DNA of 64,000 nucleotides from Bacteroidota bacterium. Its GTDB lineage: Bacteria > Bacteroidota > Bacteroidia > Bacteroidales > F082. The position numbers and the translations under genes were made by a program. Below the pieces are notes generated by a model, which had not been told where the DNA came from, searched no databases, and saw only the letters and a program-made list of their open reading frames with translations. The stretch is from positions 107,716-171,715 of the forward strand of contig JAHJTC010000014.1 of the NCBI GenBank assembly GCA_018830105.1, given 5' to 3'. Within the stretch, counting starts at the first letter, position 1. Every line of letters starts with the position of its first letter. Below are positions 38,342-48,307 of the stretch, in pieces.

Positions 38342-39840
38342 TGATACTGTTTTTACCAATATTAATCCCACTGCTGACAATAATACTGTTGCTAATTGTC
38401 AGAAAAAAATTGGCTTATCAACATATATTGAGTGTGTTGTCCGTAGTAGCTCAATTGATTGTAGCACTGTCAATTTTCAACAAACTTGGCGAGTCAACGA
38501 TATTGGTTGCTCAGGCTGGAGGCTGGCCTGCTCCTTTTGGAATTAGCTTTTTAGCGGATTACACAGCAACGATATTGTTAATTGCTGTTGCTTTACTTGC
38601 TTTGCCTATTGTAATATACAGCATTGGATTTATTGATAAAGTGCGCCAGCAGGGTGGGTTGTTTGTTTTATATCAGGGATTGATTTTGGGAGTGAATGGC
38701 GCTTTTCTTACTGCTGATATCTTTAATCTCTATGTTTGGTTCGAGGTCATGTTAATCTCTTCTTTTGTGCTTATTACGCTTGGCGCAGCCAAACAGCAAT
38801 TGCGTGGTTCTGTGAAATACCTGGTCATGAATCTGCTCGGATCTTCGCTGTTTGTTGCAGCTATTGGTCTGACGTACAGTCAGCTGGGAACACTTAATAT
38901 GGCTGATATTGCGGATAAGATAATGAAACAAGGCAGTACTCCCTTGTTGAACAGCGCCATTATGTTGTTCTTTATCGCTTTTGGAATAAAAGCAGCTGTT
39001 TTCCCGTTTTTCTTTTGGTTGCCAGCGTCCTATCCCACACCCCCAATCGCAATTACTGCATTTTTTGGGGCAACTCTTACAAAAGTTGGTGTTTATGTAA
39101 TGTTGCGATTCTACAGCCTTTTTGCCAATATGGATGAGGCTTTTTGGCAGCCGATTATATTTATTGTTGCCGGCCTCACTATGCTTTTTGGTGTGCTAAT
39201 GGCCGCCTCATCTTACGATATTCGTAAAATCCTATCCTTTCATATCATCAGTCAAATTGGGTATATGTTAATGGGAATAGGCTTGTTTTCTTTAATAGGC
39301 CTTGCCGGGGCACTGTTTTTTATTGTGCATAATATGTTTTCGAAAACAGCTGCTTTTATGGCAGCAGGTTTGATAAAACGTTTCAAAGGCAGCTACGATC
39401 TCAATATGCTTGGCGGGCTCTATAAATCTAAGCCCATACTGGCGTTTCTGTTTTTAATCCCGGCACTTTCTCTGGCAGGAATACCCCCGACATCAGGTTT
39501 TTTTGGAAAGCTTTTTCTAGTGATGGGAGGTTTTCAGTCGGGTGAATGGCTTATTACGATCGTGGCTATTGTCGTTAGTATTTTAACCCTGTTTTCGATG
39601 ATTAAAATTTGGAATGAGGCAGTATGGAAACCGGCAGAAGAGAAAGCAGTTGAGCCTTCAAATCAAAAATTGAACCCCTTGATTATTGCAGCATCATTTG
39701 CGATGACTGTTTTTACGTTATTTCTGGGGCTAACGGTATTTTGGACTTTTGACAGTTTTACAGAAGCTGCTGCACAGTTGCTTAATCCGCAGCTGTATAT
39801 TGATGCTGTGTTGAATAATAATAGGCCTGCACTAAACTAA
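38338..39840 (+). CDS. mrpD: Mrp antiporter subunit D (NuoN/M-like)
   Basis: 500 aa with FGIKAAVFPFFFWLP. ATGA overlap with mrpC. Confidence 0.92.
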   Translation: MMILFLPILIPLLTIILLLIVRKKLAYQHILSVLSVVAQLIVALSIFNKLGESTILVAQAGGWPAPFGISFLADYTATILLIAVALLALPIVIYSIGFIDKVRQQGGLFVLYQGLILGVNGAFLTADIFNLYVWFEVMLISSFVLITLGAAKQQLRGSVKYLVMNLLGSSLFVAAIGLTYSQLGTLNMADIADKIMKQGSTPLLNSAIMLFFIAFGIKAAVFPFFFWLPASYPTPPIAITAFFGATLTKVGVYVMLRFYSLFANMDEAFWQPIIFIVAGLTMLFGVLMAASSYDIRKILSFHIISQIGYMLMGIGLFSLIGLAGALFFIVHNMFSKTAAFMAAGLIKRFKGSYDLNMLGGLYKSKPILAFLFLIPALSLAGIPPTSGFFGKLFLVMGGFQSGEWLITIVAIVVSILTLFSMIKIWNEAVWKPAEEKAVEPSNQKLNPLIIAASFAMTVFTLFLGLTVFWTFDSFTEAAAQLLNPQLYIDAVLNNNRPALN

Positions 39841-39847
39841 CAAACTG

Positions 39848-40219
39848 ATGAAGAGAAAAGAAAATAGAGTAATTGGCAGAACAAAGCGGTTTCTGAAAAG
39901 ACTGGTTGGTATTGTGCAATTTGTCATATTCTATATCATAGAGCTTGTCGTTTCGAGCAGCATATTGGCTTACGACATCATGAGGCCACGCAAAAGTTTT
40001 CAGCACGGAATCGTTGCAGTTGATATCGATATGAAATCAGATACGGCACTGTTGGCGCTGATTAATTTTGTTTCGATGACCCCCGGTAGTTTGGTAGTTG
40101 ACCTGAGTAAAGATAAAAAAACACTTTTTATACACACGATGTATTTGGATGATGTTGAGGAATTTAAAAAGATTTTCAAGCATGATTTCCAAAGACGTAT
40201 CGAAAAAGTATTTCAATAA
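39848..40219 (+). CDS. mrpE: Mrp antiporter subunit E
   Basis: 123 aa. Contains SMTPGSLVVD, similar to the MnhE motif (LTPGT), and sits at the expected operon position. Confidence 0.8.
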   Translation: MKRKENRVIGRTKRFLKRLVGIVQFVIFYIIELVVSSSILAYDIMRPRKSFQHGIVAVDIDMKSDTALLALINFVSMTPGSLVVDLSKDKKTLFIHTMYLDDVEEFKKIFKHDFQRRIEKVFQ

Positions 40220-40518
40220 TGGAAACAACATACAGTTTATTTGATTTTGCAATTACTTTCTCCTTTTTTAGCATTACAGTGGCATTTTTAGCAGTGCTTT
40301 ACAGGTTAATAAAAGGGCCTGAAATAACCGACAGATTAATCGTTTTAGATCTTGCGGCTTCATCGCTGATAGGGTTGGTTCTGCTAGTAATTATTTTCTC
40401 CGGAAAATCAGTATATCTCAATGTGGCACTAATCACAGGCCTGATTATTTTTATGGGAAATATTGCTTTTGCGCGTTATCTCAAAAAAACCGTTAGCAAT
40501 GAGAGAAACAATAGTTAG
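40219..40518 (+). CDS. mrpF: Mrp antiporter subunit F
   Basis: 99 aa. GPEITDRLIVLD resembles the MnhF motif. Confidence 0.85.
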   Translation: METTYSLFDFAITFSFFSITVAFLAVLYRLIKGPEITDRLIVLDLAASSLIGLVLLVIIFSGKSVYLNVALITGLIIFMGNIAFARYLKKTVSNERNNS

Positions 40519-40864
40519 TTTGTTTTTGATTTTAGGAGCCTTATTTACCTTGGTTTCAGCACTTGGAATTATCAGGCTTCATGATGTTTATATGCGGATG
40601 CATGCCATTACAAAATCTTCGTCCTTAGCCACGATTTTGTTTGTTATAGCGATGATTATTGCAGTCCCTGGATGGAGGGTTTTATTGGGAGGGCTTTTGC
40701 TAATCGCCTTTGTTACCGCTACTGCACCCATTTCAACACATGTACTGGCCAGGGTTTCTTTTTTGTTGGGCATCAAGATGGCTCCGGGATTTAAACGAAA
40801 CGATTTGGAGACTTACAATAAGAAGAAAGATGAGGTTTCCAAATCTTTTAATCAAAAGAATTAG
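40499..40864 (+). CDS. mrpG: Mrp antiporter subunit G
   Basis: LGIIRLHDVYMRMHAITKSS resembles the MnhG motif. I prefer the start at the internal ATG (MRETIVSLF). Confidence 0.85.
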   Translation: MRETIVSLFLILGALFTLVSALGIIRLHDVYMRMHAITKSSSLATILFVIAMIIAVPGWRVLLGGLLLIAFVTATAPISTHVLARVSFLLGIKMAPGFKRNDLETYNKKKDEVSKSFNQKN

Positions 40865-40957
40865 CCTTTATTGTTATTAATTCACAATGAAGAGGTTACT
40901 TTTTTATTTTTGTTGAGCGGCTTTTTCAGTGAATGATTTTTTTTGCCAAATAATTGC

Positions 40958-41019
40958 TACTTTTGCAACCTTATTTTTAGGATAACTTCTTAAAGGAGCA
41001 GCGCTAAACGTTGCTCCTT
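40958..41019 (+). promoter_or_regulatory. candidate -7 box (TACTTTTG, 40958-40965) and 11-bp 5'-UTR hairpin (40993-41019) upstream of the DUF349 gene
   Basis: AAGGAGCAGCG-CTAAA-CGTTGCTCCTT forms an 11-bp stem with one G-U pair and no T-tract. It lies 24 nt before the ATG at 41043. Confidence 0.35.
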
Positions 41020-41042
41020 ATCGTGCAAACAATTAATGTATA

Positions 41043-43091
41043 ATGGACAACAAAGATCAACTTCATTCATCCGACGCCACTCAAAAGAGCGAGAACGGAA
41101 TGCCTACAGCCCAGCCGGCTGCTGAAAATGTACCTGAAAATCAATCTACTGACAGCCTTCAATTATCAGATGCTGATATCCAAACGATTCGAAGGCTGAT
41201 AGCAACTAATCTTGTTCCTGAGGATAAAGTAGCTTCAGTTAAAAAAGAAAAAGCTGCCAAAGTAGCTGAAAAACCTGAAGCAGCTGCTGAGGTGATTAAG
41301 CCTGCTGAGGTGTCGGAGATTCAACAACTCATCGCTCCGGATCAATCTTTTGATGATGATGACGATGATGAGGAACCAGAACACGACTTTTCTACACTCA
41401 ATAAATTACAACTCGTTGAGAAGCTTGAAGAACTTGTTCAAGACGCTGATATAAAGAAAATTAAGGAAACAGTTTCAGCAATTAAGGTGTTTTTCCTAAA
41501 GTTGAACAAGCAAGATATTGAACATGAGATGGAGCAGTTTATCGCTGATGGTGGCGATAAGGATTCCTATGAACATGTCGATGATCCTTTAGAAACGCGT
41601 TTTAAGGCAGCCTTCGGAAAATACAAGGAAAATAAGGCGCACTACAATGAGTTGTTGGAAAAACAAAAACAGGAAAACCTGCAGGCAAAAAACATCATAC
41701 TGGAAGATCTGAAGGTCTTGATTGCTTCAGAAGAAACCCTGAAGAAGACCTATGATGAGTTTAAAGTCCTACAGGATAAATGGAAAGAAATAGGACAAGT
41801 CCCTGCCGGAGAGGTAAATAACCTTTGGAATAATTATCACTTCCTGGTAGAGAAGTTTTTTGATAAGGTGAAGATTAATCGTGAGCTCCGCGATCTGGAC
41901 TTAAAGAAGAACCTGGAATCGAAAATCGAGTTGTGTGAGAAGGCTGAAGAATTATTGCTTGAGAAGTCGATTACCAAATCCTTCAAAATGCTTCAGAAAT
42001 ATCATGATGACTGGAAGGAAATTGGTCCTGTACCTCAGGAGAAAAAGGATGAAATCTGGGATCGGTTCAAAACTGCTACGGATAAAATAAACCAGCTTCG
42101 ACGTGAGTATTATTCGAAGATACAGGAAGAGCAAATGGTTTATTATGAGGCAAAACTTGCCTTGTGTGAAAGAGCTGAGGAAATTTCAACAGATAATTTG
42201 AACACCGTTTCGGCCTGGCAAAAAAAATCTAACGAAGTAAATGATTTGTTTAAGCTTTGGAAATCAATTGGCCAGGCCCCCAAAAAGCTGAATGATGAGG
42301 TTTGGAATCGTTTTAAGGCTTCAATGGATAATTATTTTAATGCTAAGAAAGAGTTCTTTAGTGTTATAAAAGATCAACAACTTGATAACTATAACCGTAA
42401 ACTCGATCTCTGTGTTGAAGCTGAGTCAATGAAGGATTCAACGGATTGGCGAAAAACTACTGAACAGCTAAAACGCCTTCAGCAGGAATGGAAAAAAGTT
42501 GGTCCGGTGCCACGGCGTCATTCCGACAAAATATGGAAAAGATTCAGATCAGCTTGCGATGATTTCTTTAACCGCAAATCGGCGCATTTTACCGGCTTAA
42601 AAGCCAGTGAAGAAGATAATCTGAACAAGAAAAAAGAATTGCTTGCCCGTATCGAGGCTTTTGAGGTGAAGAAGAACAGATCGGAAAATTTGGAGGCAGC
42701 TAAAGCTTTTCAGCGCGAATGGATGGAGATTGGTTTTGTGCCTATCAAAGTAAAAGACGTTCTGCACCAGCAGTATCGTAAGGCTGTTGATGCGCTTTTC
42801 GATAAAATGAAAATTTCTGAGACAGAGCTTACTGCATCTGAGTATCGTGGCATGGTCGAAAATATGAAAGATGATCCCGATTCGCGCGACCGCATCAGAA
42901 GAGAACGCAGTGCACTGTCAGGTAAAGTGTCCAAACTTAGAGAAGAGATTAACCTTTGGGAAAATAATATTGGTTTCTTTGCGCAAAGCAAGCAAGCTGA
43001 AATTATGAAAGCTGAATATGAAAAGAAAATCTCACGGGCAAAAAATGATCTTAAAATACTGGAAACTAAGCTGAAAGTTTTGTCAGATTAA
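41043..43091 (+). CDS. DUF349 repeat protein
   Basis: 682 aa. Disordered acidic N-terminus, then about 5 repeats of the pattern W+.IG.VP......+W.RF..A.D.FF, typical of DUF349. Confidence 0.85.
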   Translation: MDNKDQLHSSDATQKSENGMPTAQPAAENVPENQSTDSLQLSDADIQTIRRLIATNLVPEDKVASVKKEKAAKVAEKPEAAAEVIKPAEVSEIQQLIAPDQSFDDDDDDEEPEHDFSTLNKLQLVEKLEELVQDADIKKIKETVSAIKVFFLKLNKQDIEHEMEQFIADGGDKDSYEHVDDPLETRFKAAFGKYKENKAHYNELLEKQKQENLQAKNIILEDLKVLIASEETLKKTYDEFKVLQDKWKEIGQVPAGEVNNLWNNYHFLVEKFFDKVKINRELRDLDLKKNLESKIELCEKAEELLLEKSITKSFKMLQKYHDDWKEIGPVPQEKKDEIWDRFKTATDKINQLRREYYSKIQEEQMVYYEAKLALCERAEEISTDNLNTVSAWQKKSNEVNDLFKLWKSIGQAPKKLNDEVWNRFKASMDNYFNAKKEFFSVIKDQQLDNYNRKLDLCVEAESMKDSTDWRKTTEQLKRLQQEWKKVGPVPRRHSDKIWKRFRSACDDFFNRKSAHFTGLKASEEDNLNKKKELLARIEAFEVKKNRSENLEAAKAFQREWMEIGFVPIKVKDVLHQQYRKAVDALFDKMKISETELTASEYRGMVENMKDDPDSRDRIRRERSALSGKVSKLREEINLWENNIGFFAQSKQAEIMKAEYEKKISRAKNDLKILETKLKVLSD

Positions 43092-43255
43092 GTAGTAGCT
43101 GCGCAAAATTTCGGGTAGCTGTTTTGGTGTAATGATTGTTAAACCTCGAATAAAATAGTAAACTACGGTTTAAAATTTATTAACGCCCTGATCCTGAAAA
43201 TACTGAAGCAATAACTGGAATCTATTGACAAAATCTAATCAGTTTGATTGTAAAT

Positions 43256-43292
43256 GAAAAAGCCGGAAATGCCATACATTTCCGGCTTTTTT
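43256..43292. terminator. bidirectional intrinsic terminator between convergent genes
   Basis: GAAAAAGCCGGAAATG-CCATA-CATTTCCGGCTTTTTT: an 11-bp stem with A/T tracts on both sides. Confidence 0.8.
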
Positions 43293-43335
43293 ACGCGAGG
43301 GAAATAATAAGAAACCACCATTAAAAACGAATGTT

Positions 43336-44034
43336 TTATTTCTCCCAACGACTTTCGGTAAGGACATTAACGTCGTAACTATTTAAAATCCAATCGACTG
43401 AGTCAACGGCCGTATATCTTTGGTAACGAATAATCCCAACGTTTTTTGCCAGATAAAAATGCAGGTAGGAGGTGTCGTTTTCGTTAAAATAATCTTTAAT
43501 AAGCACTTGATAAACACCAGAATAAGCTCGGCCATCAAGTTCAAAGTTGTTATAGAAAGCAACATTGGTGTAATTTCCTTCGTTGATTCCTAAAAGCTGC
43601 TCTTCGCCAATGGTATATTTTGGGGTGAGTATGCTAAAATATCTTCCGTTTTGAAAATATATTCTGTAATTTTCAGGAAGAGAATCGGTAGCATCATCAG
43701 CATAGCCTCCTGTTACTTCACCTCTTACAATGCCAATCTCATCTGATAAATATAACAATTCGTAAGCATTGTAATAAAATCCCGGATTACTATTCAGTGG
43801 GTTGTGAAACCGACGTTCCATGTATAGGTCACTCACAGTAAGGGTATCTATTTTGCTGTTTAATTGATTGCGATAGACCCAAAAACTATTGGTATCAAAA
43901 ACAGTATAAGATTTAAAGGTGGCAGAAACCTCACTGATAATGGGTTCTTTGAAATTGTCGCTGGAGGTTGTGCAGCTCAATAGAGAACTTATAATTACAA
44001 CTGATAGAATTATTTTTTTGAAGAGCATGTTCAT
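43336..44034 (-). CDS. hypothetical lipoprotein
   Basis: 232 aa with signal peptide and lipobox (LLSCTTSS). No recognisable domain. Confidence 0.6.
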   Translation of the reverse strand: MNMLFKKIILSVVIISSLLSCTTSSDNFKEPIISEVSATFKSYTVFDTNSFWVYRNQLNSKIDTLTVSDLYMERRFHNPLNSNPGFYYNAYELLYLSDEIGIVRGEVTGGYADDATDSLPENYRIYFQNGRYFSILTPKYTIGEEQLLGINEGNYTNVAFYNNFELDGRAYSGVYQVLIKDYFNENDTSYLHFYLAKNVGIIRYQRYTAVDSVDWILNSYDVNVLTESRWEK

Positions 44035-44325
44035 AATACAAAGCTTTGTTTTTTCTATTCAATAGGATTTTTCTTTGATGCGTTATATGGGCCGGGATAT
44101 TAAACGCAGTTTTAATGAATCGTGGGCTAAAATGGTTTGCATAAGACTGTCATTGGATGTTAATTTTTAGATCACTATTCAGACTAATTGACCTGCTAAA
44201 TTAAAGAATATGAATGGTTTTGAAACTAAAAGCTAAATTATTTGTTGTAGAAGGGAACATAAAGACTAAATTTTTACATTCGTACAAGATATTAACCATG
44301 AAAGTATAACCATCATTTTAAGATT

Positions 44326-45411
44326 ATGCCGGCAAACACATTTGGAGAGATTTTCAGACTAACAACTTTTGGCGAATCACACGGAAAAGCCATAGGAGGT
44401 ATTATTGATGGCTGTCCTCCGGGACTTTTACTCGATCTCGAAATGATACAATCAGAACTCAATCGCAGGCGTCCGGGCCAGTCTAACATAAGTTCTCCAC
44501 GCAATGAGCCGGATGAAGTAGTGTTTTTATCCGGGCTTTTTGAAGGTAAAACAACGGGCACGCCGCTGGCATTTATGATTAATAGTAAAGACCAGCAATC
44601 TAAGGATTACAGTCATCTTGAAACGGCTTTTCGTCCATCACATGCAGATTACACCTATCAGGTCAAATATGGCCTCAGAGATTATAGGGGAGGCGGTCGT
44701 TCTTCGGCACGCGAAACAGCGTCGAGGGTGGTTGCTGGTGCTATTGCCAGACAATTTTTAGCGAGTCAGCAGGTATCTTTTACCGCCTTCGTGACGCAAA
44801 TAGGAATTGAGAAATTGCAAGATTATCCCGAAATTGTTAGTTCTTTGGAGATTGAAAAATCTCTGGTGCGCTGCCCGGTTCCAGAAGCATCTGAACGTAT
44901 GCAGCAACTTATCGAGGAAATGAAAGAAAAAGGAGATACACTTGGTGGTGTTATCACGTGTTATATTGATGGTTTACCAGTGGGTTTAGGTGCACCCGTC
45001 TTTGATAAATTCCATGCAGATCTTGCCAAAGCGATGCTGAGTATAAATGCTGTTAAGGCTTTTGAGTACGGCAGTGGTTTTGCTGGTGTTGAAATGCCTG
45101 GCTCGCAGCACAATGATAGTTTTACCAGCCGGGATGGGAAGCTGCGTACTTTGACAAATAATTCGGGTGGTGTGCAGGGAGGCATCACCAATGGGGAACG
45201 GCTTTATTTTAGAACCGCATTTAAACCTGTAGCCACGATAATGCAAAAGCAACAAACTGTCGATAAATTTGGTAAAGACATACTACTTGAAGCCAAAGGT
45301 CGTCATGATGTTTGCGTTGTGCCACGCGCTGTTCCTATTGTTGAGGCAATGGCAGCGCTGGTAACCATAGATCATTTTCTTCGTCATAAAATATACCAAC
45401 ACACACAGTAA
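44326..45411 (+). CDS. aroC: chorismate synthase
   Basis: 361 aa with TFGESHG, RPGQS, GGGRSSARET and GRHD motifs. Confidence 0.97.
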   Translation: MPANTFGEIFRLTTFGESHGKAIGGIIDGCPPGLLLDLEMIQSELNRRRPGQSNISSPRNEPDEVVFLSGLFEGKTTGTPLAFMINSKDQQSKDYSHLETAFRPSHADYTYQVKYGLRDYRGGGRSSARETASRVVAGAIARQFLASQQVSFTAFVTQIGIEKLQDYPEIVSSLEIEKSLVRCPVPEASERMQQLIEEMKEKGDTLGGVITCYIDGLPVGLGAPVFDKFHADLAKAMLSINAVKAFEYGSGFAGVEMPGSQHNDSFTSRDGKLRTLTNNSGGVQGGITNGERLYFRTAFKPVATIMQKQQTVDKFGKDILLEAKGRHDVCVVPRAVPIVEAMAALVTIDHFLRHKIYQHTQ

Positions 45412-48269
45412 TGAAAAAGTTTTTAAAAATTTTGGCTATTGTAATAGCCTTTGTATTTGTCCTGATATTAATTCTTCCCTTTTTCTTCAAATCAGAAATT
45501 GTGAAGCTTGTCAAAAAAGAATTAAATAGTCAGGTGAATGCCAAAATTGATTTTGAGGATGCAAGCCTAAGTATGCTCAGGCAGTTTCCAGATTTTACGC
45601 TGGATTTAAATGAGTTATCCGTTGTTGGAAATCCGCCCTTTCAGGAGGATACCCTACTATTATTGGAATCACTTAGTTTGCGCATTGACGTGATAAAGGC
45701 CTTTAATGGAAACTTTGAACTTAAAGCAGTAAAATTGATTCGTCCTATTTTAAAGCTTAAGGTGCTTGAAGACGGCGCTGTAAATTGGGATATCGCCCTA
45801 GCTGCTACAGATACGGAACAAAAGGCCTCCGAGCCGGATACTTCAACCTTTGAATTGAAGCTTAAGAAACTTACTGTGGAGGATGGGTTTGTGCTTTATG
45901 ATGACAAATCGATGAATATGATAACGCGGGTCGATGGATTGGATGCTACCGTGCGTGGTGCTTTATCCACAGATCAATCCGAAATTTCCACTCAATTAAA
46001 AATAAGAAGTTTAAACGTAAACTACGAGGGAATACCCTATTTGGTAGCTGTAAAAACCAATTTTCAGGCTAGTTTTCTTGTGGATTTAAAAAGTGATATT
46101 TATACCTTTAAGAATAATGTGTTGTTCTTGAATGATTTAGAGATTGGCTTTGATGGGTCGGTTGGCCTGAATGATGATAATTATACGATCGTACTTAATT
46201 ATGAAACCCGGAAAACGGAGTTTAAGAGCCTACTTTCGTTGATTCCAGCAATCTACGCAACAACATTTGAGGATGTTACAGCTACCGGAAAATTCGATTT
46301 GAGAGGATACGTTAAAGGAACCTATAGCGAAACCCAAATGCCTGCCTATGGCTTTAATTTAGCGGTGAATAATGCTGCATTTAAATATCCCGAAATGCCA
46401 GTAGGAGTAAATAACATCAATGGAAAAGCAAGTGTTGAGAGCAAAACCGGAAAGCCTGATGACACCCATTTGAATGTAGAAGATTTTCGCTTTAAAATTG
46501 CCGAGAATGAATTTAAGATGGGTTTGACGCTGCGTACTCCGGTGTCTGATCCTCAGTTTGATATGTTTGCCAACGGCTTACTTGATTTTAGTAAGATCAA
46601 TAAAATACTACCAAACAATTCACTGGCTAAATTGGAAGGCCAGTTACAGACCGATTTGCGTCTTAAAGCAAAGATGTCTGATATTGAAAATGAGAGGTTT
46701 AGTGATGTGAATGCGAGTGGTAGTATGGTGATGCGGAATTTTAACTATGAAAATGCTGAAATGCTGCAATTGCCTATTGCTATTTCTAATGCACAGCTAA
46801 ATTTCTCTCCTTTGTTTTTCGATTTAATCAATACCGATATGCAAGTTGGGAAAAGCGATTTTAAATTAAATGGCCGCGTTGAAAACTACTTAGCTTATTA
46901 TCTGAAGGATGGTGTATTGCAGGGAAATCTTGACCTGAAATCATCATTGATAGATGTGGATGAATTGTTGAATCTGATGGTTGAAGAAGATTCGCAGGAA
47001 GCAGTAACTGTTGACACTGCTGACACTGCTGCTGTTTCGCATTTAGACTTACCCCAACGACTAAAACTTCGTTTTAATGCACAAATAGACTCTGTAATAT
47101 ACAATCCTTATCGACTCAGCACGGTAACTGCGGCAATCACCTATGAAGATCAGAGAATCGTGTTCGATCCGCTAAGCGCAGATTTACTGAAAGGTAATGT
47201 GAGTATGGACGGTGAATTTTTTGCTCCAAAAGCGGATAGGCCATCTGTAGCATTGAATTTTCAGATTGTAGACTTTGATATTCCTCAGGCCTATCAAACG
47301 ATTGGATTATTACGGGAAGCAGCTCCGGTGGCGGCTCAGGCCACAGGAAATTTCTCGACCAGTTTTAGTATGAAAGGAAAACTTGATAGTGAATTGAGCC
47401 CGGTATATGAAACGCTGGAAGGTGAAGGAACTCTGAAAACAAGTCAGTTAGAGTTGGAGTCTATTAGTAGTCTTAAGAAAATTACACAACTGCTTGGCAC
47501 TGAAAAGTACGACCGCATGGTAACTGACGGTTTGAATTTTTCGTTTGAGTTTTTGAATGGTCGTATTTTTCAAAAACCCTTTAACATGAATTTGGGTAAT
47601 TATGATGCAGTGCTAACCGGAAGCCTTGGTTTTGATAAAACACTCGATTACGATATGGTTATTAAAGTGCCTTTCAGTGAGTTGGGTGGAGACATTCAAA
47701 GTGGTATTAGTCAACTTACCAAGTTGGCTGAAGATAATAATGTGGGGATTTCTCCAGCAGAAACGATAAATGTAAAGGCCAGGATTACCGGAGTAGTTTC
47801 TGACCCTAAAGTTTCTATCGATTATAAAGATTATGCTGCTGATTTAGGCAAGATGTTAAAAGATGAGGTAAATGCACGCATCGAAAAGGAAAAAGAAGCC
47901 TTGAAGGATAAATTGAATGAAGAGGTCCAGAAAGTTGTGGAACAAGCAGAAAATGAGGCTGAAAGCATTGTAAACAAAGCCAGGGCAGTCGCTAATGATA
48001 TGCGTGAGGAAGGTAAAAAAGCAGCGCAGCAAGTTAGGGACGAAGCGGCACAACAAGCAGCAAACCTAATCGCTGAAGGCAAGAAAAATGGTATGATAGC
48101 AGAAATGGCTGCTAAAAAGGCTGCCGAGTCACTTCAATCTGAAGCTGAGAAGCAGGCTTTAAATATTGAAAAACTGGCCAATGATCGTGCGCAACAACTA
48201 GAAAATCAGGCACAGCAAAATGCGGATAAAATCATAGAGGAAGCCCAAAAAAAGGCTGGTAATAATTAA
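45411..48269 (+). CDS. AsmA-family protein with C-terminal Ala/Lys/Glu-rich coiled-coil tail
   Basis: 952 aa. N-terminal TM anchor, long beta-rich AsmA-like body, last ~140 aa low-complexity helical. The start shares one base with the aroC stop (TAATG). Confidence 0.75.
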   Translation: MKKFLKILAIVIAFVFVLILILPFFFKSEIVKLVKKELNSQVNAKIDFEDASLSMLRQFPDFTLDLNELSVVGNPPFQEDTLLLLESLSLRIDVIKAFNGNFELKAVKLIRPILKLKVLEDGAVNWDIALAATDTEQKASEPDTSTFELKLKKLTVEDGFVLYDDKSMNMITRVDGLDATVRGALSTDQSEISTQLKIRSLNVNYEGIPYLVAVKTNFQASFLVDLKSDIYTFKNNVLFLNDLEIGFDGSVGLNDDNYTIVLNYETRKTEFKSLLSLIPAIYATTFEDVTATGKFDLRGYVKGTYSETQMPAYGFNLAVNNAAFKYPEMPVGVNNINGKASVESKTGKPDDTHLNVEDFRFKIAENEFKMGLTLRTPVSDPQFDMFANGLLDFSKINKILPNNSLAKLEGQLQTDLRLKAKMSDIENERFSDVNASGSMVMRNFNYENAEMLQLPIAISNAQLNFSPLFFDLINTDMQVGKSDFKLNGRVENYLAYYLKDGVLQGNLDLKSSLIDVDELLNLMVEEDSQEAVTVDTADTAAVSHLDLPQRLKLRFNAQIDSVIYNPYRLSTVTAAITYEDQRIVFDPLSADLLKGNVSMDGEFFAPKADRPSVALNFQIVDFDIPQAYQTIGLLREAAPVAAQATGNFSTSFSMKGKLDSELSPVYETLEGEGTLKTSQLELESISSLKKITQLLGTEKYDRMVTDGLNFSFEFLNGRIFQKPFNMNLGNYDAVLTGSLGFDKTLDYDMVIKVPFSELGGDIQSGISQLTKLAEDNNVGISPAETINVKARITGVVSDPKVSIDYKDYAADLGKMLKDEVNARIEKEKEALKDKLNEEVQKVVEQAENEAESIVNKARAVANDMREEGKKAAQQVRDEAAQQAANLIAEGKKNGMIAEMAAKKAAESLQSEAEKQALNIEKLANDRAQQLENQAQQNADKIIEEAQKKAGNN

Positions 48270-48307
48270 TTAGTGTCTGTCGATAAAGTTAAGTGGCAGA
48301 AGCAATT

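Noticed and set aside
35272-40864. Mrp operon as something unusual (a separate mrpB although mrpA already carries an MrpB-like C-terminal extension)
   Set aside because: This is the standard group-1 seven-gene Mrp organisation.
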